From contig NC_092677.1 in NCBI RefSeq assembly GCF_964355755.1, positions 22,059,175 through 22,123,174 on the forward strand: DNA of 64,000 nucleotides, given 5' to 3'. The DNA is from Antedon mediterranea (taxonomy: Eukaryota > Animalia > Echinodermata). The translations under genes were made by a program, and so were the position numbers. Under the pieces are notes generated by a model, which saw only the letters and a program-made list of their open reading frames with translations, searched no databases and had not been told where the DNA came from. Shown piece by piece: positions 1-11,512 of this stretch. Numbering within the stretch: the first letter of the stretch is position 1; each line of letters begins with the position of its first letter.

Positions 1-116
1 ACATCGACCCCGATTTTACGTACAGACAGCGACTCCGATTTTACGTACAGACATCGACCCCGTTTTGACGTACAGACATCGACACCGATTTTACGCAAAG
101 ACAACGACTCCGATTT
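1..116 (+). repeat. 25-bp satellite (SatA), end of preceding array
   Basis: Tandem variants of TTTTACGTACAGACATCGACCCCGA. Confidence 0.95.
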
Positions 117-421
117 CTCACACAAAACATCAAAGTGTACAGAATAGCTTTAAATCGCATTTGGAGACGTTTTAGACCATTTTGTGATTTTCGAAAAAAC
201 ATGTTAACATAAAAACATCAAAGTGTACAGAATAGCTTCAAATCGCATTTGGAGACGTTTTAGACCATTTTGTGCATTTCGATGAAACTTGGTTACACAA
301 AAACATCAAAATGCTTAAAATCACATTAGAAACCGTTTTAGACCATTTTGAGCATTTCGATAAAACTTTTCACACAAAAACATCAAAGTGCACAAAATAG
401 CTTAATATGGTATTAAAAAAA
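117..421 (+). repeat. ~88-bp satellite (SatB), short block of ~3.5 monomers
   Basis: CATCAAA anchors at 128, 216, 304 and 381 (spacing 88, 88, 77). Confidence 0.93.
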
Positions 422-2015
422 CCTCGATTTTACGTACATACATCGACACCAATTTTACGTACATACATCGACCCCGATTTGACATACAGACATCGACCCC
501 GATTTTACGTACAGACATCGACCCCGATTTTAGGTACAGACATCGACTTAGTTTTTACGTACAGCATCGACCCTGATTTTACATACATTCATCGACCTAG
601 TTTTGACGTACAGACATCGACCCCGATTTAATGTACAGACATCGAACTAGTTTTTACGTACGTACAGACATCGACCTAGTTTGTACGTACAGACATCGGC
701 CTAGTTTTTACGTACAGACATTGACCTAGTTTTTTACGTACCGACATCGACCTCGATTTTACGTGCAGACATCGACCCCAATTTTACGTACAGACATCGA
801 ACTAGCTTTGAACTACAGACATCGACTGCCTTTTTACGTACATACATCGACCCCGATTTTACGTACAAATATCGACCCAGTTTTTTCGTACAGACATCGA
901 CCTCATTTTTACGTACAGACATCGACCTAGTTTTGAACTACAGACATCGACTCCGTTTTTACGTACAGACATCGACCCTGATTTTACATACAGAAATGTA
1001 CCCCAATTTTACGTACAGACATCCACCCCGATTTTACGTATAGACATCGACCTTGATTTAACGTACAGACATCGAACCCGTTTTACGTGCAGACATCGAT
1101 CCCGCTTTTTACGTACATATATCGACCACGATTTAACGTAGAGACATCGACCCCGATTTTATGTACAGACATCGACAATGATTTTACATACAGACATCGA
1201 CCAAGTTTTGACCTACAGACATCGACTTAGTTTTGACAAACAGACATTGACATCGGTTTGACGTACAGACATCGACACCGGTTTTACGTACAGATATCGA
1301 TCCTAATTTTACATACAGACATCGACCTAGTTTTGACGTACAGACATCGACCTTGTCTTTACATACAGACATCGATCTTGTTTTTTACGTACAGAGATCG
1401 ACCTAGTTTTTACGTACCGACATCGACCCCTGATTTTACGTACAGACAGTGACCCCGATTTTACATCGACCTAGTTTTGACGGACATATATCGACCCCGT
1501 TTTGACGTACAGACATCGACACCGATTTTACGCAAGACGTCGACCCGTATTTACGTACAGACATCGACCCCGTATTTACGTACAGACATCGACCTAGTTT
1601 TTACGTACATACATCGACTCCGTTTAACGTACCGACATCGACCCCGTTTTTACGTACAGACATCGACTCCGTTCTTACGTAAAGACATCGACCCCGATTT
1701 TACATCGACCTAGTTTTGACGGACATATATCGACCCCGTTTTGACGTACAGACATCGACACCGATTTTACGCAAGACGTCGACCCCGATTTGACGTACAG
1801 ACATCGACCCCGTATTTACGTACAGACATCGACCTAGTTTTTACGTACATACATCGACTCCGTTTAACGTACCGACATCGACCCCGTTTTTAAATACAGA
1901 CATCGACTCCGTTCTTACGTAAAGACATCGACCCCGATTTTACGTACAGACAGCGACTCCGATTTTACGTACAGACATCGACCCGTTTTGACGTACAGAC
2001 AACGACCCCGATTTC
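422..2015 (+). repeat. 25-bp satellite (SatA), short array
   Basis: Continuous 25-bp periodicity. Confidence 0.95.
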
Positions 2016-3040
2016 TCACACAAAACATCAAAGTGTACAGAATAGCTTTAAATCGCATTTGGAGACGTTTTAGACCATTTTGTGATTTTCGAAAAAACAT
2101 GTTAACATAAAAACATCAAAGTGTACAGAATAGCTTCAAATCGCATTTGGAGACGTTTTAGACCATTTTGTGCATTTCGATGAAACTTGGTTACACAAAA
2201 ACATCAAAATGCTTAAAATCACATTAGAAACCGTTTTAGACCATTTTTAGCATTTCGATAAAACTTTTCACACAAAAACATCAAAGTGAACAAAATAGCT
2301 TAATATGGTATTTAAAAACGTTTTAGATCATTTTAAGCACTTCGACAAAACTTTTTCACACAAAACATCAAAGTGTACAGAATAGCTTCAAATCGCATTT
2401 GTAGACGTTTTAGACCATTTTGTGCATTTCGAAAAACTTGTTAACATAAAAACACCAAAGTGCTTAGAATAGCTTCAAATCGCATTTGGAGACGTCTTAG
2501 ACCATTTTATGCATTTCGATGAAACTTGGTTACACAAAAACATCAAAGTGCTTAACATCACATTAGAAACCGTTTTAGACCATTTTGAGCATTTCGATAA
2601 AACTTTTCACACAAAAACATCAAAGAGCACAAAATAGCTTAATATGGTATTTGAAAACGTTTTAGACCATTTTGAGCATTTCAATAAAACTTTTTCAAAC
2701 AAAACATCAAAGTGTACAGAATAGATTCAAATCGCATTTGAAGACGTTTTAGACCATTTTGTGCATTTCGAAAAAAACTTGTTAACATAAAAACACCAAA
2801 GTGCCTAGAATAGCTTCAAATAGCATTTTGAGACGTTTTAGACCATTTTGTGGTTTTCGAAAGAACTTGTTAACATAAAAACACCAAAGTGCTAAGGATA
2901 CCTTCAAATCGCATTTGGAGACGTTTTAGACAATGTTGTGCATTTCGATGAAACTTGGTTACAAAAAAACATCAAAGTGCTAAAATCACATTAGAAACCG
3001 ATTTAGACCATTTTGAGCATTTTGATGAAACTTTTCACAT
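2016..3040 (+). repeat. ~88-bp satellite (SatB), 12 monomers, ~340-bp 4-mer higher-order repeat
   Basis: Anchors at 2026, 2114, 2202, 2279, 2366, 2453, 2541, 2618, 2705, 2794, 2882 and 2970. The 88/88/77/87 spacing pattern repeats. Confidence 0.93.
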
Positions 3041-6000
3041 AATAATTTTTTAATTTTATAGAATGGAAATTTTGACCATTTTTAGAAAAAAAATCCTATG
3101 GTCCCCAGCAGCGAAATTTTCAAAAAATCGCCAAATTTCGACCCTTTTATTTTTTGACATAACTAGATACGATGGCTCTATAAGATGATGCTAACCCAAT
3201 ATATTTGCATAAATGCCAATATTATAGCATAATTATTGAATTTTAAAAAGTGGAAATTTTGACAATTTTTCGAAAAAATTCCTTCCGCAGGGAAATTTTC
3301 GCAAAAATGGCCAAATTTCAAACCTTTTATTTTTTGACATAACTAGTTACTATGGCTCTATAAAATAATGTTAGCACAATATATTTGCAAAAATGGCAAT
3401 ATTATAGCATAATTTTTGAATTTTAAAAAGTGGAAATTGTTTCCATTTTTCAATAAAATTCCACTGGTCCCCCGCAGAAAAAATTTTCGAAAATTGCCGA
3501 ATTTCGACACTTTTATATTTTGATGTAACTAGTTACTATGGCTCTATAAGATGATGTCAACACAATATATGTGCATAAATGGCAATATTACAGCATAATT
3601 ATTGAATTTTAAAAAGTGGAAAATTTTTCCATTTTTCGACCCTTTTGTTTTTTTACATAACTAATTACGATGGCTCTATAAGATGATGTTAACACAACAT
3701 ATGTGCATAAATGGCAATATAATAGCATAATTTTTGAATTTCAAAAAGTGGAAATTTTGGCAATTTTTCGAAAAAATTCCTATGGTCCCCCGCAGCTAAA
3801 TTTTCAAAAATTTGCCAAATTTCGCCCTTTTATTTTTTGACATAACTAGTTACTATGGCTCTATAAGATGATGTTAGCACAATATATTTGCATAAATGAC
3901 AATATAATAGCATAATTATTGAATTTTAAACAATGGAAATTTTGACCATTTTTCGAAAAAAAAATCCTATGGTCCCCCGCAGCGAAATTTTCCAAAAATT
4001 GCTAAATTTCGACCGTTTTATTTGTTGACATAACTAGTTACGATGGCTCTATAAGATGATGCTAACACAATATATTTGCATAAATGCCAATATAATAGCA
4101 TAATTATTGAATTTTAAAAAGAGGAAATTTTGGACATTTTTCGAAAAAATTCCTATGGTCCCCCGCAGGGAAATTTTCGCAAAAATGGCAAAATTTCAAA
4201 CCTTTTATTTTTTTACATAACTAGTTACAATGGCTCTATAAGATGATGCTAACCCAATATATTTGTATAAATGCCAATATTATAGCATAATTATTGAATT
4301 TTAAAAAGTGGAAATTTTGTCAATTTTTCGAAAAAATTTCCTATGGTCCCCCGCAGGGAAATTTTCGCAAAAATGGCAAAATGTCAACACTTTTATTTTT
4401 TGACATAACTAGTTACTATGGCTCTATAAGATGATGTTAGCACAATATATTTGCATAATTGGCAATATTATAGCATACTTTTTTAATTTTAAACAATGGA
4501 AATTTTGACAATTTTTCGAAAAAAAAATCTTATGGTACTCCGCAGCGAAATTTTTGAAAAATCGCCAAATTTCGACCCTTTTATTTCTTGAGATAACTAG
4601 TTACGATGGCTCTATAAGATGATGCTAACACAATATATTTGCATAAATGCCAATATAATAGCATAATTATTGAATTTTAAAAAGTGGAAATTTTGGCCAT
4701 TTTTCGAAAAAATTCCTATGGTCCCCCGTAGGGAAATTTTCGCAAAAATGGCCAAATTTCAAACCTTTTATTTTTTGACAAAACTAGTTACTATGGCTCT
4801 ATAAGATGATGTTAGCACAATATATTTGCATAAATGGCAATATTATATAGGATATTTTTTTAATTTTAAACAATGGAAATTTTGACCATTTTTCGAAAAA
4901 AAAATCCTATGGTACGCCGCAGCGAAATTTTTGAAAAATCGCCAAATTTCGACCCTTTTATTTTTTGAGATAACTAGTTACGATGGCTCTATAAGATGAT
5001 GCTAACACAATATATTTGCATAAATGCCAATATAATAGCATAATTATTGAATTTTAAAAAGTGGAAATTTTGGCCATTTTTCGAAAAAATTCCTATGGTC
5101 CCCCGTAGGGAAATTTTCGCAAAAATGGCCAAATTTCAAACCTTTTATTTTTTGACAAAACTAGTTACTATGGCTCTATAAGATGATGTTAGCACAATAT
5201 ATTTGCATAAATGGCAATATTATATAGGATATTTTTTTAATTTTAAACAATGGAAATTTTGACCATTTTTCGAAAAAAAAATCCTATGGTCCCCCGCAGC
5301 AAAATTTTACAAAAATTGCTAAATTTCGATCCTTTTATTTGTTGACATAACTAGTTACGATGGCTCTATAAGATGATGCTAACACAATATATTTGCATAA
5401 ATGCCAATATAATAGCATAATTATTGAATTTTAAAAAGAGGAAATTTTGGACATTTTTCGAAAAAATTCCTATGGTCCCCCGCAGGGAAATTTTCGCAAA
5501 AATGGCAAAATTTCAAACCTTTTATTTTTTTACATAACTAGTTACAATGGCTCTATAAGATGATGCTAACCCAATATATTTGTATAAATGCCAATATTAT
5601 AGCATAATTATTGAATTTTAAAAAGTGGAAATTTTGTCAATTTTTCGAAAAAATTTCCTATGGTCCCCCGCAGGGAAATTTTCGCAAAAATGGCAAAATG
5701 TCAACACTTTTATTTTTTGACATAACTAGTTACTATGGCTCTATAAGATGATGTTAGCACAATATATTTGCATAATTGGCAATATTATAGCATACTTTTT
5801 TAATTTTAAACAATGGAAATTTTGACAATTTTTCGAAAAAAAAATCTTATGGTACCCCGCAGCGAAATTTTTGAAAAATCGCCAAATTTCGACCCTTTTA
5901 TTTCTTGAGATAACTAGTTACGATGGCTCTATAAGATGATGCTAACACAATATATTTGCATAAATGCCAATATAATAGCATAATTATTGAATTTTAAAAA

Positions 6001-8156
6001 GTGGAAATTTTGGCAATTTTTCGAAAAAATTCCTATGGTCCCCCGTAGGGAAATTTTCGCAAAAATGGCCAAATTTCAAACCTTTTATTTTTTGACAAAA
6101 CTAGTTACTATGGCTCTATAAGATGATGTTAGCACAATATATTTGCATAAATGGCAATATTATATAGGATATTTTTTTAATTTTAAACAATGGAAATTTT
6201 GACCATTTTTCGAAAAAAAAATCCTATGGTACCCCGCAGCGAAATTTTTGAAAAATCGCCAAAATTCGACCCTTTTATTTTTTGAGATAACTAGTTACGA
6301 TGGTTCTATAAGATGATGCTAACACAATATATTTGCATAAATGCCAATATAATAGCATAATTATTGAATTTTAAAAAGTGGAAATTTTGACCATTTTTCG
6401 AAAAAATTCCTATGGTCCCCCGTAGGGAAATTTTCGCAAAAATGGCCAAATTCCAAACCTTTTATTTTTTGACAAAACTAGTTACTATGGCTCTATAAGA
6501 TGATGTTAGCACAATATATTTGCATAAATGGCAATATTATATAGGATATTTTTTTAATTTTAAACAATGGAAATTTTGACCATTTTTCGAAAAAAAAATC
6601 CTATGGTCCCCCGCAGCAAAATTTTACAAAAATTGCTAAATTTCGATCCTTTTATTTGTTGACATAACTAGTTACGATGGCTCTATAAGATGATGCTAAC
6701 ACAATATATTTGCATAAATGCCAATATAATAGCATAATTATTGAATTTTAAAAAGAGGAAATTTTGGACATTTTCCAAAAAAAATTTCTATAGTCCCCCG
6801 CAGGGAAATTTTCGCAAAAATGGCAAAATTTCAAACCTTTTATTTTTTGACATAACTAGTTACAATGGCTCTATAAGATGATGCTAACCCAATATATTTG
6901 TATAAATGTCAATATTATAGCATAATTATTGAATTTTAAAAAGTGGAAATTTTGACCATTTTTCGAAAACATTCCTATGGTCCCCCGCAGGGAAATTTTC
7001 GGAAAAATGGCCAAATTTCAAACCTTTTATTTTTTGACATAACTAGTTTCTATGGCTCTATAAAATAATGTTAGCACAATATATTTGCAAAAATGGCAAT
7101 ATTATAGCATAATTTTTGAATTTTAAAAAGTGGAAATTGTTTCCATTTTTCAATAAAATTCTGATGGTCCTCCGCAGACAATTTTTTCGAAAATTGCCGA
7201 ATTTCGACACTTTAATTTTTTGATGTAACTAGTTACTATAGCTCTATAAGATGATGTTAACACAATATATGTGCATATATATTGAATTTTAAAAAGTGGA
7301 AAATTTTTACATTTTTCGACCCTTTTGTTTTTTGACATAACTAGTTGCTATGGCTCTATAAGATGATGTTAGCACAATATATGTGCATAAATGGCAATAT
7401 TATAACATAATTTTGGAATTTTCGAAAGTGGAAATTTTGACCATTTTTGAAAAAAATTTCTATGGTCCCCCGCAGGAAAATTTTCGAAAAATGGCCAAAT
7501 TTCGACCCTTTTATTTTTTTATATAACTAGTAACTATGGCTCTGTAAGATGATGTTAGCACAATATATTTGCATAAATGGCAATATTATAGCATAATTTT
7601 CGAATTTTAGAAATTGGAAATTTTCTCCATTTTTCGAAAAAATTCCTATGGTCCCCGCAGGAAAATTTTCGAAAAAATGCCAAAGTTCAAGCCTTTTATT
7701 TTATATAATTTCTTACTATGGCTCTATAAGATGATGTTAGCAAAATATATCTGTATAAATAGAAATATTATAGCATAATTATTTAATTTTTAAAGTGGCA
7801 AATGTTGCCATTTTTCGACCCTTTTATTTTTTTGACATTACTAGTTACGATGGCTCTATAAGATAATGTTAACACAATATATGTGCATAAATGGCAATAT
7901 TATAGCCTAATTATTGAATTTTAAAAGGTGGAAATTTTGACCATTTTTCGAAAAAAAATTCCTATGGTCCCCCGCAGGAAAATTTTTCGAAAAATGGCCA
8001 AATTTCGACCCTTTTATTTGTTGACATAACTAGTTACTATGGCTCTATAAGATGATGTTAAGCATAATTTTTTAATTTTAAAGAATGGAAATTTTGACCA
8101 TTTTTTGAAAAAAAAGTCCTATGGTCCCCGTAGGAAAATTTTCGAACAATTGCCAA
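3041..8156 (+). repeat. ~187-bp AT-rich satellite (SatC), ~28 monomers
   Basis: GGCTCTATAA anchors at 3174, 3354, 3540, 3672, 3857, 4045, 4232, 4420, 4608, 4795, 4985, 5172, 5362 and onward. Confidence 0.95.
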
Positions 8157-8684
8157 CAGCGGGTGTTTCAGAAGCTCAGAATATAACGTGCAACGCTAGT
8201 GTTTTAAAGTAACAGAAAAACACAGAAAAACTCACGAAACAGTCAAACACCAGTCAAATTAACTACAGCACAGTCTTAAACAGATCATAAACATCAAAGT
8301 TTGTAGTTAGACCAGATTCAGCTCAGTCGAAAACAAGGAAAAATAGTGAAGTACAGAGCTCGAACAAAACACGTCCGTTCTCGACCACAGTTCGTTTTAC
8401 ATATATTATCTATATTTAGTCATCTGATAACATTTTTTTTACCACGCCGTTTTTAATAGTTTTTTAAAATGCCTCTCTATTTACAACATTTGTGTACAAA
8501 AGAATAGAGATTTTATTGTGTAATTTGAACTATCCCCCCACTGATAAGAAAGTGCTTATTTTCAACAAGCTTGTGTAACACAAATAAAATCCCCAAAAAT
8601 ATGAAACATAGGGGAAGCTATAGATCGATAATTATTGGAATGTATGATCAATAGAAATTTTTTGCCCCCACCTGGCCTTTAAAC
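8157..8684. other. Non-repetitive spacer, copy 1
   Basis: No internal periodicity and no ORF. It is present once per macro-unit. Confidence 0.9.
8366..8386 (-). promoter_or_regulatory. MTE/DPE-like downstream core-promoter motif, possibly from a LINE 5' UTR
   Basis: The minus strand reads GGTCGAGAACGGACGTGTTTT, resembling the GGACGTG DPE of jockey/Doc/I-type internal promoters. No clean Inr was seen at the expected distance. Confidence 0.3.
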
Positions 8685-8802
8685 ACGGGGAGATATCTGC
8701 ACTTAAAACGGGGAGATATCTGTACTTAAAAACGGAGAGATATGTGTACTTAAAAACGGGGAGATATCTTTACTTAAAAACGGAGAATATCTGTACTTAA
8801 AA
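8685..8802 (-). repeat. Five 23-24-bp repeats, inverted diverged SatA
   Basis: ACGGGGAGATATCTGTACTTAAAA has the reverse complement TTTTAAGTACAGATATCTCCCCGT, which aligns with the SatA variant TTTTACGTACAGATATCGACCCCGT. Confidence 0.88.
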
Positions 8803-11512
8803 TCCCTATCCCTATTTTACGTACATACATCGACCCCAATTTTACGTACAGACATCGACCCCAATTTTACGTACAGACATCGACCCGATTTTACGTACAG
8901 TAATCGACCCAGTTTTTACGTACAGACATCAACCTTGATTTTACGTACCGACATCGATCCCTATTTTACGTACATACATCGACCCCGATTTTTCGTACAT
9001 ACATCGACCCGTATTTATTAACAGACATCGACCTAGTTTTTACGTACAGACATCGACCGCGATTTTACATACAGACATCGACCCCGATTTTACGTACAGA
9101 CATCGACCTAGTTTTGACGTACAGAAATCGACCGCTTTCTGACGTACAGACATCGACACCGATTTTACATAAAGACATCGACCCCGATTTCACGTACAGA
9201 CATCGACCACGTTTTTACGTACTGACATCGACCCCGATTTAACATAGAGACATCGATCCCGATTTTAAGTACATACATCGACTCCGTTTAACGTACATAC
9301 ATCGACCCCGACTTTACGTCCACACATCGACCCAGTTTTTACGTACAGACAGCGACACCGTTTGACGTACCGACATCAACCTCGATTTTACGTACAGACA
9401 TCGACCCCGATTTAACGTACATACAGCGACACCGTTTGACGTACCGACAACAACCTCGATTTTACATACAGACATCGACCCCGATTTTACGTACATACAT
9501 CGACCCCGATTTTACGTACAGACATTGACCTCGATTTTACGTACATGCATCGACCCTGATTTTACGTAAAGTCATCGACCCCGATTTTATGTACAGACAT
9601 CGACCCCGATTTTACGTACATACATTGACCTCGAATTTACGTACATGCATCGACCCTGATTTTACGTACAGACATCGACCTCGATTTTACGTACAGTCAT
9701 CGACCCCAAGTTTATGTACAGACATCGACCTAGTTTTTACGTAAAGACATCGACTCTGTTTTTACGTACAGATATCGACCTAATTTTTACGTACCGACAT
9801 CGACCTCGATTTTTCGTACAGACATTGACCCCGTTTTTACATAGAGACATCGACCCCGATTTTACGTACAGAAATCGACCCTGTTTTTACGTACAGACAT
9901 CGACCTAGTTTTTACGTACCGACATCGACCTCGATTTTACGTACAGACATCGACCCCGATTTTACGTACAGACATCAACCTAGTTTTGACGTACAGAAAT
10001 CGACCGCTTTCTGACGTACAGACATCGACACCGATTTTACATAAAGACATCGACCCCGATTTTACGTACAGACATCGACCACGTTTTTACGTACTGACAT
10101 CGACCCCAATTTGCCATAGAGACATCGATCCCGATTTTAAGTACATACATCGACTCCGTTTAACGTACATACATCGACTCCGACTTTACTTCCACACATC
10201 GAACCAGTTTTGACGTACAGACAGCGACACCGTTTGACGTACCGATATCAACCTCGATTTTACGTACAGACATCGACCCCGATTTTACGTACATACAGCG
10301 ACACCGTTTGACATACCGACAACAACCTCGATTTTACATACAGACATCGACCCCGATTTTACGTACATACATTGACCCCGATTTTACGTACAGACATTGA
10401 CATCGATTTTACGTACATGCATCGACCCTGATTTTACATACAGTCATCGAACCCGATTTTATATACAGACATCGACCCCGATTTTACGTACATACATTGA
10501 CCTCGAATTTACGTACATGCATCGACCCTGATTTTACGTACAGACATCGACCTCGATTTTACGTACAGTCATCGACCCCAAGTTTATGTACAGACATCGA
10601 CCTAGTTTTTACGTACAGACATCGACTCTGTTTTTACGTACAGATATCGACCTAATTTTTACGTACCGACATCGACCTCGATTTTACGTACAGAAATCGA
10701 CCCTGATTTTACGTACAGACATCAACCTAGTTTTGACGTACAGACATCGACACAGATTTTACGCAAAGACATCGACCCCGATTTCACGTACAGACATCGA
10801 CCTAGTTTTTACGTACAGACATCGACACAGTTTTTACGTAGAGACAGCGACACCGTTTTACGTACCGATTACGACCCCGATTTTACGTACAGAAATCGAA
10901 ATAGTTTTTAGGTACAGACATCGACACCGATTTTACGTACAGACATCGACCCCGATTTTACGTACAGACATCAACCTCCATAGTTTTTACATACAAACAT
11001 CGACCCTGATTTTACATACAGGCATCGACCTAGTTTTGACGTACAGACATCGACCCCGTTTTTACTTACACATAATACATCGACCTCGTTTTTACGTATA
11101 GACATCGACCCCGATTGTAAGTGCAGACATCGAACCCGTTTTTACGTACAGGTATCGACAATGATTTTACGTACAGACATCGACCTAGTTTTGAACTACA
11201 GACATCGACCACGTTTTTACGTACAGACATCGACCCTGATTTTACGTACAGACATGTACCTCGATTTTACGTACATAAATCGACCACGAATCAACGTAGA
11301 GACATCGACCCCAATTTTACATACAGACATCGACAATGATTTTACGTACAGAAATCGACCTTGTTTTGACGTACATACATCGACCTAGTTTTCACGTACA
11401 GACATCGACCCCGTTTTTACATACAGACATATATCTAGTTTTTTACGTACAGAGATCGACCTAGTTTTTACGCAAGACATCGACCCCGATTTAACGTACA
11501 GACATCGACCCC
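8803..11512 (+). repeat. 25-bp satellite (SatA), long array, left of LINE
   Basis: Continuous 25-bp periodicity. Confidence 0.95.

Noticed and set aside
7150-7338. 62-aa minus-strand ORF conserved in three units, and similar ORFs at 1915 and 60257
   Set aside because: These lie within satellite monomers, and their conservation simply reflects unit duplication.
3041-8156. CENP-B box or tRNA/5S rRNA gene array in the satellites
   Set aside because: No TTCG....A..CGGG match, Pol III A/B boxes or recognisable RNA structure was seen by eye.
8186-8201. Possible Helitron 3' end (CGTGCAACG then CTAGT)
   Set aside because: There is no convincing 16-20-nt GC-rich hairpin at the expected distance and no supporting 5' end.
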